A stretch of DNA of 33,263 nt. It comes from Granulicella sp. Lineage in GTDB: Bacteria > Acidobacteriota > Terriglobia > Terriglobales > Acidobacteriaceae. Below, in pieces: positions 24,977-33,263 of this stretch (position 1 is its first letter; the number at the start of each line of letters is the position of its first letter). The notes beneath the pieces were generated by a model, which made no database searches, had not been told where the DNA came from, and saw only the letters and a program-made list of their open reading frames with translations. The stretch is from contig DAHWNL010000037.1 in NCBI GenBank assembly GCA_027339965.1, positions 1 to 33,263 of the forward strand, given 5' to 3'. Both the position numbers and the translations under genes were made by a program.

Positions 24977-26836
24977 CTAGAGCGGCTCGTCGCATTCGTC
25001 CTCGATCGTCTGGGGCTGACTCGCCGGCGCGCGATGGCCGGCGTGGTGTCCAAATGGCCAGCGTAACCGAAGGATCCGCTCGCGATCGGTCTCGCGATGG
25101 GCTTCCTCGCTTCGCCCCTTCAGCAGGTCGTTGATCGTCATGATTCCAACCAGCTTGCCGTCTGGGTCGACCACCGGATAGGAGGTGAGCGTGGATTCCG
25201 CCATCGACATGGCGCAGGCGCGCAACGTGGTTGTCGGCGATACGGTGATCGGATTGGTGTTGGCGTCCTGAGCCAGAGGCACGGAGAGGTCGTCTTTGCG
25301 TGCTGCCGCAATCATCTGCGCCCGAGTGAGGGTGCCGATCAATCTGCCGTCGCTATCGACCAGCGGGAAGATGCGCTGCCAGTGGCTCCAGGCCTCGCCC
25401 CCACGCTCCTCCATCTTGCTCAACCAGGCTGCGGCGTCCTTTCGGGTGGCGCTCTCCGGCAGAGCAAAGACGCTGGTGTGCATGGCATGGGAAACGAGAA
25501 CGGACTCCAGAGGGTCGGAGCCAAACTCCCGGCTAAGATGCATCCCGCGCCGGCTCATGCTCTCGGTGAGCATGGAGCGAGGCAGCACCAGAACGCTGAC
25601 CGCGTAAGCTGCCATGCAGGAGAGCAGCACGGGCAGCATTAGGCCGCCGTTATGAGTGAGTTCCAGAGCCAGCATCGCCGAGGTCAGCGGCGCGCCGATC
25701 GCGGCCGCAAACACCGAACTCATACCCACAAGCACCCAGGCGCCCGGCGTCATCAAAGGCATCAGGTGCGCGAACAGTCCGCCCAGCGCTCCGCCGATCA
25801 TCAGCAACGGTGCCAGGATGCCGGCGGCGGTGTTGGAGCCCATTGCGAAGGTCCAACTCATGGTTTTGATCAAAAGAATGCCGGCCAGCAGGGTCCAGGC
25901 GATATTGCCGGAGATCATCTGCTGAATCACGCTATAGCCGACTCCCAGGGATTCAGGAAAGATATATCCGCACAAGCCGACCACCACGCCCCCAATGGCG
26001 GGCCACCACATCCAGTGAACGGGCAGGTGCTCGAACATCAGCTCAAAGAAGCGCACACCCTTGCTGAGCACAGAAGATAGCAGAGCCGCCACCAGGCCCA
26101 GGGCCAGCGCGCCCAGCATGGCAGAGTGATAGATGGGAGCGCCGGTGGGAGCCATGTGGAGCAGACTCTGTGGCCCCAGCAACAGCCGGCGTACCGCCCC
26201 AGCCGAGACACAGGCGATTGCCACGGGTACGAGAGAACGCGGCTTCCACTCAAAGAGCAGGCACTCCACCGCCAGCAGAGTGGCCGACATGGGGCAGTTG
26301 AACATCGCCGCCATGCCCGCCGCAGCGCCAGAGACCATCACCACGGTGCGCTCCGAGCTGGTAACCGAGAGCAACTGCCCCACCACGCTGGCCGCCGCGC
26401 CGCTGCTGATGATCACCGGGCCTTCGGTGCCAAACGGTCCGCCGGAGCCGATGGCGATGGCCGTCGCCACAGGCTTGAGAACCGCCACGCGCGGCTGAAC
26501 CTTGCCCCCGTTGAAGACCACAGTCTCAATGGCTTCCGGCAAACCGTGGCCGCGGACTCGCGGCGAGAGATAGCGCGCAATCAAGCCCACAATGACGCCG
26601 CCCAGAACCGGCATCAGGATCAGCCACCAGTGCCTTCCCGCCTCCCAAGGGGGTCTCTCGACAAAGCTCCATTTCTGAAAATAGAAAAGGTTGGTGAAGA
26701 AAGAGACCATCTCATCCAAGACCCAGGCCAGAAGCGCGGCCAATGCTCCCAGGGCCGCCGCCAGCAGACTGATGTAAAAGATGCGACTATCCGCGGAGAA
26801 GTCCCGCAGCGTATCGGCCGAGTCCGAGTGGTTCAA
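24977..26836 (-). CDS. ClC-family chloride channel/transporter with C-terminal CBS pair
   Basis: GHGLPE, GGPFGTEGP, GAAAGMAAMFNCP, LGVGY, GILAP, APLTS...ELT, and two CBS repeats (FPLVD..G.L.G, YPVVD.DGKLVG). TTG 26836 follows GAGGAG. Confidence 0.9.
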   Translation of the reverse strand: MNHSDSADTLRDFSADSRIFYISLLAAALGALAALLAWVLDEMVSFFTNLFYFQKWSFVERPPWEAGRHWWLILMPVLGGVIVGLIARYLSPRVRGHGLPEAIETVVFNGGKVQPRVAVLKPVATAIAIGSGGPFGTEGPVIISSGAAASVVGQLLSVTSSERTVVMVSGAAAGMAAMFNCPMSATLLAVECLLFEWKPRSLVPVAIACVSAGAVRRLLLGPQSLLHMAPTGAPIYHSAMLGALALGLVAALLSSVLSKGVRFFELMFEHLPVHWMWWPAIGGVVVGLCGYIFPESLGVGYSVIQQMISGNIAWTLLAGILLIKTMSWTFAMGSNTAAGILAPLLMIGGALGGLFAHLMPLMTPGAWVLVGMSSVFAAAIGAPLTSAMLALELTHNGGLMLPVLLSCMAAYAVSVLVLPRSMLTESMSRRGMHLSREFGSDPLESVLVSHAMHTSVFALPESATRKDAAAWLSKMEERGGEAWSHWQRIFPLVDSDGRLIGTLTRAQMIAAARKDDLSVPLAQDANTNPITVSPTTTLRACAMSMAESTLTSYPVVDPDGKLVGIMTINDLLKGRSEEAHRETDRERILRLRWPFGHHAGHRAPASQPQTIEDECDEPL

Positions 26837-26861
26837 CGTACCATGCTCCTCTTGCTTGCTT

Positions 26862-27311
26862 TTATCCCGGCGACTTTTCAACGGCTCCCTGTAACTCCCG
26901 CAACGCATGAACCAGGGGTTCGCAAAGGGTTGCGATCTCGGCCAGATGCTCTGCCACCAGGCGGTTCAGAATCTCCAGTCCATGGGGCGTTAACTGCACC
27001 AGGGAGCGCCGCATATCCCTAGGATCATTCTCTCTTTGCACCAGGCCCGCACGTTCCGCGCGGTCTACAAGTTCCACCGTACTGTTATGGCGCAGCACCA
27101 TGCGCTCGGACAGGTAGGTGATGGAGGTCTGCTGACCGTCAGGGATCGCGGCAATCACCTGCATCAACTGATACTGCTGCGCAGGAATTCCGTATCGCTC
27201 CGACGCGATCTCGCTGAAGCTGAGGAACTTGCGCATCTGGTAACGGAACTCGGCCAGACTTTGAAGCCTGGCACGGGCGGCGCTCGCCTGATTTAGGTCT
27301 TGCATGGGCAT
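26862..27311 (-). CDS. MarR family transcriptional regulator
   Basis: LAEFRYQMRKFL.FSE, QQYQLM, LSERM.LRHNSTVELVDR....GLV.R..DP.D.R...V.LT..G. Confidence 0.9.
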   Translation of the reverse strand: MPMQDLNQASAARARLQSLAEFRYQMRKFLSFSEIASERYGIPAQQYQLMQVIAAIPDGQQTSITYLSERMVLRHNSTVELVDRAERAGLVQRENDPRDMRRSLVQLTPHGLEILNRLVAEHLAEIATLCEPLVHALRELQGAVEKSPG

Positions 27312-27319
27312 CTTCGCGT

Positions 27320-27348
27320 ATTCTATCGCAAAACGATAATTCTGGGAA
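27320..27348 (-). promoter_or_regulatory. Candidate marR-clc promoter with an overlapping inverted repeat (possible operator)
   Basis: Minus strand TTCCCA-N17-TAGAAT, 8 nt before ATG 27311. TATCG-N5-CGATA (27324-27338) overlaps the spacer and -10. Confidence 0.45.
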
Positions 27349-27487
27349 ACGGCACTTTTTCCAATGCAAGATGAGCCCGAAGGGATCGGGAGGGTGGCCA
27401 AAGAGAGGGGCATCAAAGATCGAGGAGAGAGGGGTCCACGCGGAACGGACACGAACGAAGGCTCAGGGGGCAGCGAATCGCCCGGTG

Positions 27488-27787
27488 TCAGGATCGCCGC
27501 AGTTCGTGGGATTCGATGGAGGCCCTCGGGACGATCCGTTCCGGCGTCCGAAGTAAGAAAGCAAGTCCTCTGGCGGCGAGGCGAGGGCAGGGCGCGACGT
27601 AAATTGGAGGAGCAAAGGATGGAGCGCCCGACCCTTTCTTAAAAAGGTACTTGATGACTGTGCCCGATAGGTCGTCGAAGGGCTGGTAGAGCTTCAGCCG
27701 TGGCTGGCTGGTTCCTGTCGGGCTCTGGTGGACAGACTCATTGGGGCTGATGGAGAAACAGGGTTCGGCCGCCATGGCCTGCGGCAT
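27488..27787 (-). CDS. Possible small hypothetical protein
   Basis: The first ~50 codons (MPQAMAAEPCFSISPNESVHQ...KLYQPFDDLSGTVIKYLF) are strongly C/G-ending like neighbouring genes. The 3' half looks less coding. No family recognised. Confidence 0.35.
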   Translation of the reverse strand: MPQAMAAEPCFSISPNESVHQSPTGTSQPRLKLYQPFDDLSGTVIKYLFKKGSGAPSFAPPIYVAPCPRLAARGLAFLLRTPERIVPRASIESHELRRS

Positions 27788-27844
27788 AACGCGGGCGGCT
27801 GTTTGCTGTGGCAACACCTGCAGCCCGCGCAGGCTGCCCAACGC

Positions 27845-28225
27845 CTAGCCGCGCAGCTTGGCCAGCAGATCTGTGGGATGCACAGGTTTGGCGAGGATCT
27901 CGAACTCGTGCCCTTGCGTGCGCGCCCGCTCCAACAGATCTGCCGTCGCCGCCTGGCCGGAGAAGAGCAGAATCTTGCACTCGGGGAAACGGGCTCGGGT
28001 TTTGATGGCGGCCTCGATACCGGTCATACCGGTCATGATGACGTCGGAGATCAACATGTCCGGACGGAAGGAGTCGAGCGCTTCGATGGCTTTTTCTCCA
28101 CTGTAGACCGCGCGCGCCTCAAAGCCGGCCTGATTAAGGATAATTGCCAGCGTATTCGCAATCACTTGCTCATCGTCAGCCACCAGGACGCGGGGCCGAG
28201 GTGGGTGGGTCATCTTCTCAGTCAT
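27845..28225 (-). CDS. Single-domain response regulator (receiver)
   Basis: VLVADDE, LISDVIM (phospho-Asp), LLFSG, LAKP. No output domain. Confidence 0.92.
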   Translation of the reverse strand: MTEKMTHPPRPRVLVADDEQVIANTLAIILNQAGFEARAVYSGEKAIEALDSFRPDMLISDVIMTGMTGIEAAIKTRARFPECKILLFSGQAATADLLERARTQGHEFEILAKPVHPTDLLAKLRG

Positions 28226-28543
28226 CTTGTTCAAATTCCTTGCTCTGCTCTTTCGCTGGGTTTGACGCAGACTTCTTACCCTATCGTACGCGGATGGCGT
28301 GCAGCCGAGTGGAGGTATTTTCCGGGATGAGACACTCCGTTGGATGCAACCACCGAACTCCCGCGCTGCCTATCGCCGCACGGCTCGGTTCGATCGGCCC
28401 TTTCATGGTGTTACTCTTGCGATAGCGTCTTCGCGTGTTGATGTATTTCGATGGCGCGGCCTTATATGGGCGTTTTCTTTCATGAAAACGCTACAGCGGG
28501 CAAGGTTCGGGGGGCGTATCAACACGGAAAAGCTAGAGCTGGC

Positions 28544-29365
28544 ATGATCGATCTTCATCATCATCTGCTTCCGGGAGTCGACGACGGCTCCCCTGATCTT
28601 GAGACGTCGTTGGCCATGGCTCGCATCGCCGTTGAGGAGGGCATCACCCGGGTCGTTGCCACTCCTCATGCCAACTACACCTATCAGTTCGATCCCGTCA
28701 GCATCCGCGCCGGTCTGGAACAACTGCGCGGGGCTCTGGCGGCGGCATCCATTCCTTTGCTGGTCGCATCGGGCTGCGACTTCCACCTGAGTTTTGAGAA
28801 CATCCAGGACGCCATCGCTCACCCTGCCAAGTACACCGTGAACGGCGGCGACTATCTCTTGATCGAGTTGCCTGACTTCGGGCTATCCCCTCATCTGGAC
28901 GAGGCCTTTTACGAACTGGGGCTGGCCGGCATGCGGCTGATTCTGACCCATCCGGAACGGAATCCGACGTTGCAGCAAGACTCCAGCCGTCTGGCGGACT
29001 GGCTGCGGATCGGCATGCTCACCCAGGTGACTGCCGGGTCAGTGACCGGAGAGATGGGGCGCTCCGCGCAGCGCATGGCCCACCGTCTGCTTGCCGATCG
29101 CTGGGTTCACTTTCTGGCCACCGATGCGCACAACACTCGATCACGAGCGCCACGCATGCGCCCGGCCTACGATCTGGTTGCCAAAAAGTATGGCCGCGAG
29201 TACGCCGATCGGCTGTGCAGGATCAACCCAGAGGCCGTTTACGACAACAGGCAGTTACCGCTGCAGGATGAACCTCGGCATCTCTACCAGGACGATCCCC
29301 TCTACACCCGGCGCTGGTGGCAGATCTTCTGGAAGCAACCGGGAAGCGGCCGGAGACCGCGCTGA
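28544..29365 (+). CDS. CpsB/CapC-family PHP-domain protein-tyrosine phosphatase
   Basis: MIDLHHHLLPGVDDGS, VATPH, YLLIELP, THPERN, QVTAGS, ATDAHN. Confidence 0.92.
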   Translation: MIDLHHHLLPGVDDGSPDLETSLAMARIAVEEGITRVVATPHANYTYQFDPVSIRAGLEQLRGALAAASIPLLVASGCDFHLSFENIQDAIAHPAKYTVNGGDYLLIELPDFGLSPHLDEAFYELGLAGMRLILTHPERNPTLQQDSSRLADWLRIGMLTQVTAGSVTGEMGRSAQRMAHRLLADRWVHFLATDAHNTRSRAPRMRPAYDLVAKKYGREYADRLCRINPEAVYDNRQLPLQDEPRHLYQDDPLYTRRWWQIFWKQPGSGRRPR

Positions 29366-29515
29366 GGTTGCCAGGGCTGCACCCCAATCGGTTCAGAGGG
29401 CAGACAGCGGAATACGTGAGCGGCCTTGTCCCGAGCCGCCGTAAAAGCCATTTGCCTCGGCGGTCCGGCTCCAACAGGGTGGGTCGGAGTCTGCTCTGCA
29501 AAGGCCTCTCCGCCG

Positions 29516-30274
29516 CTACAGCCCGAGCCCGCCATCCACTGCCAGCATCTGTCCGGTAATGAAGTGTGGTCCGGTCGCGAAGAACAGCACCGCCTGGGCG
29601 ACATCCTGAGCGGTTCCGTTGCGCCGCATCGGCGTCTTCAAGGCAAAGGGCTCGTAGGCCGGATTCAAATCCCCCATCACGATCATGCCCGGAGCCACAC
29701 AATTCACGCTGATCTCCGGCGCCCAGGCCTTGGCCATGGTATGGGAGAGCATGTGCAGCGCGGCCTTCGATGTGCAGTAATGGCCATGCGTCGACCAGGG
29801 ATGCACTCCGCCCAGCGAGCCGATATTCACAATTCGCCCGCGCGCCGCCTTCAGGTAAGGGTGGGCCGCCTTGGCCGCCAGGAACGGTCCGCGGGTGTTG
29901 ACCTCATACATCTGGTCCCATTCCTCGACGCTGATCTGTTGCAAGGGCGCGGAGGCAAAGACTCCCGCGTTGTTTATCAGCAGATCCAGTCCGCCCAGCC
30001 CATGCACGGCCTGCTCCACCCCCTGGATCACGCTGGAAGGGTCACGCAACTCGCAGCGCACCGCCAGCGCCCCGGAGGTCCGCTCCTGAATCTCTGCCAA
30101 GGTTCTGGCCGCTTCCGCCTCCGACTCGCGGTAGGTAATCGCCACCTGAGCGCCTGCCTCGGCCAAAGCCAGCGCCAAGGCGCGGCCGATCCGTCTGGCC
30201 CCTCCGGTGACAAGCGCCCGGTTTCCCTCCAGCGGCCGCAACGAGCGCGCCATTCCCTTCGTCGCCTGGCTCAC
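29516..30274 (-). CDS. Classical SDR, pteridine reductase (FolM/PTR1)-like
   Basis: TGGARRIG, LINNAG, YCTSK, AKAWAPEISVNCVAPG, ITGQMLAVDGG. GTG 30274 overlaps the upstream TGA (alternative ATG 30253). Confidence 0.88.
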   Translation of the reverse strand: MSQATKGMARSLRPLEGNRALVTGGARRIGRALALALAEAGAQVAITYRESEAEAARTLAEIQERTSGALAVRCELRDPSSVIQGVEQAVHGLGGLDLLINNAGVFASAPLQQISVEEWDQMYEVNTRGPFLAAKAAHPYLKAARGRIVNIGSLGGVHPWSTHGHYCTSKAALHMLSHTMAKAWAPEISVNCVAPGMIVMGDLNPAYEPFALKTPMRRNGTAQDVAQAVLFFATGPHFITGQMLAVDGGLGL

Positions 30275-30951
30275 TGCGGGTTGCCTGTCTGGTTTGCTGC
30301 TGTCCCCGCCGGCTGCGCCGAAGCTCCCGACGAGTTGGCAGCGCCACCCGTCGGCGAGGAGTTTGCAGCCGGAGAGCTTGGCGGCAACGCAAAGCCATCC
30401 ACGTTCGGCTTGGGTGCGACTAAGGCCGGATGGGGGGGCTCCTGGATGCCGGGCTTCATGGACGACACTTGGTTGGCGGATGTCCACTGCGAAACCTGAT
30501 CATGCGGCCGGAGCATCTTGGCTACCAGAGATTCCTTCGCTCCCACGTTAGATAGCTGGTGGGAGTAGGTGGCATAGCCCTTGGCAATTACCTGGACATC
30601 TACATCGCTGCCCGTCTGGATCAGGTCCATCGTAGCTTTGCCATTGGGGTCGGTCTTCACCTCCATGTTGCCGTCATCGCGGCCCTGGAAGGTGGAGTGG
30701 AAGACCACCGGGGTATTGGCCATCGGCTTGCCATCAAAGTCCTTCTCAACCAGCACCACAATGTGCGAGAGCTGTGGCAATGGTTTGTACTTGCGTGCGT
30801 AGCGCGCCTGCTGCGCAGCGGCGCCGGGAAGGATGGCCGGCAGCAGCGCCAGGGCAGCGGCTCCGCCCAGCCTGCGCCAGGCAGCTCCTGGACGCCCTTG
30901 GCGGGCCATGCATTTCAAGAAAACCTTCCAACCGTAAGCTGCGAGTTTCAT
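30271..30951 (-). CDS. Secreted protein with a carboxypeptidase-regulatory-like beta-sandwich and low-complexity tail
   Basis: Signal-like RRLGGAAALALLPAILPGAAA/Q. GKP.ANTPV, KTD.NGKA, VQVIAKGY.T. Ser/Ala/Pro-rich C-terminus. TAAAAT-N6-ATG supports the 30951 start. Confidence 0.75.
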   Translation of the reverse strand: MKLAAYGWKVFLKCMARQGRPGAAWRRLGGAAALALLPAILPGAAAQQARYARKYKPLPQLSHIVVLVEKDFDGKPMANTPVVFHSTFQGRDDGNMEVKTDPNGKATMDLIQTGSDVDVQVIAKGYATYSHQLSNVGAKESLVAKMLRPHDQVSQWTSANQVSSMKPGIQEPPHPALVAPKPNVDGFALPPSSPAANSSPTGGAANSSGASAQPAGTAANQTGNPQ

Positions 30952-31164
30952 GGCCTGATTTTAGAGCAAAAGCCGAATTCGGGGCAGCCCCTGACCATGG
31001 TGGAAACCGCCTCCGAGGCACGGGGCAGGGGCCCGCGGTTTCGCATCCCCGCCCATGGTCCAACCAGATACGAACGAGCTGTCCGGCCGGACAGTTAAGG
31101 CTAATAGAGCAGAATGTTATATGAAAACCTTAGTCAATTTTGCTAAGATTTTATCGTCTCCTGC

Positions 31165-31193
31165 TTGACTTCCAAACGCTGCTGCAATACATT
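31165..31193 (+). promoter_or_regulatory. Sigma70/SigA promoter of groESL
   Basis: TTGACT (31165-31170)-N17-TACATT (31188-31193). Confidence 0.75.
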
Positions 31194-31218
31194 AGCAATC
31201 GGCGGTTGAGAGTGCTAA
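31192..31218 (+). promoter_or_regulatory. CIRCE element (HrcA operator)
   Basis: TTAGCAATC-N9-GAGTGCTAA, one mismatch to TTAGCACTC-N9-GAGTGCTAA, overlapping the -10 and transcription start. Confidence 0.93.
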
Positions 31219-31308
31219 ATCTTCCTTGAGTCGGCTCAAAGAGCGGCGGGCGGGGTTTCCACTCTCACTCCAACACTGTTCAACAGAAATCCAAGGAGAA
31301 CCATTTAC

Positions 31309-31605
31309 ATGGCAGCCACATCTTTTACGCCGTTGCACGATCGCATTCTGGTTCGCCGCCTTGAAGAGGGCGAAACCGTTCGTGGCGGCATCATCATTCC
31401 TGACTCGGCCAAGGAAAAGCCGCAGCAGGGCAAAGTGATCTCGGTTGGCAAGGGAAAGTCCAATGATGAAGGCAAAGTATTTCCGCTGGATGTCAAGGCG
31501 GGTGATACGGTCCTCTTCGGCAAGTACTCCGGCACCGAGATCAAGCTCGATGGTGAGGAGTATCTCATCATGCGCGAGGAAGAGGTTCTCGGCATCCTGA
31601 AGTAA
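31309..31605 (+). CDS. groES: Co-chaperonin GroES
   Basis: [39 protein letters not shown]. Confidence 0.97.
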   Translation: MAATSFTPLHDRILVRRLEEGETVRGGIIIPDSAKEKPQQGKVISVGKGKSNDEGKVFPLDVKAGDTVLFGKYSGTEIKLDGEEYLIMREEEVLGILK

Positions 31606-31688
31606 ATGGGCGGCCTACGTAGCGGGCAGGGACGCCTCGCCGCAAGCTGGCCCAGGTTAGGAACTGGCGCTGACCAACACCGATTTGA

Positions 31689-33263
<1,575 letters not shown>

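Noticed and set aside
27364..27642. Purine-rich stretch as a 92-aa ORF or a structural RNA (RNase P, 6S, tmRNA)
   Set aside because: No hallmark motifs such as GAGGAAAGTCC or tRNA-like ends, and the ORF has no recognisable features
31129..31147. Second CIRCE-like inverted repeat (CTTAG...CTAAG) upstream of the groES promoter
   Set aside because: Arms and spacing do not fit the 9-9-9 CIRCE consensus

Overview
Bacterial chromosome, most likely Acidobacteriota (Terriglobia-like); this is inferred from the GlnA type, the GroEL insertion and the gene style. The window has two halves. (1) About 1-16290 is an accessory, partly decaying region. It opens with the 3' end of an IS630 element, a complete IS5 (171-1330, CTAA target duplication) sitting exactly at the IS630 end, and a decapitated PP2C/SpoIIE gene. 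Next comes a cluster of cytochrome b, Mo-oxidoreductase, SAM methyltransferase (two frameshifts), DUF2064 transferase (internal deletion), GT87-like GT-C and GT2, with a convergent Zn-motif NDP-sugar epimerase. Then comes a block of alpha/beta hydrolase, atypical SDR, cNMP-TrxB-like oxidoreductase and secreted alpha/beta hydrolase, ending in an IS110 stub. (2) About 16380-33263 is core genome: glnA, aguB-DUF3455-aguA-tadA, panB-panC-coaBC, glutaredoxin, marR-ClC/CBS, a single-domain receiver, a CpsB-type phosphatase, a secreted protein plus pteridine-reductase-like SDR, and CIRCE-controlled groES-groEL (groEL runs off the end). The best candidate for an undescribed system is the Mo-enzyme/glycosyltransferase cluster. 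Secondary candidates are leader structures in the glnA-aguB intergenic region, an SD-sequestering hairpin before the atypical SDR, and a non-canonical MarR-ClC module. All family calls come from reading motifs by eye; no searches were run.
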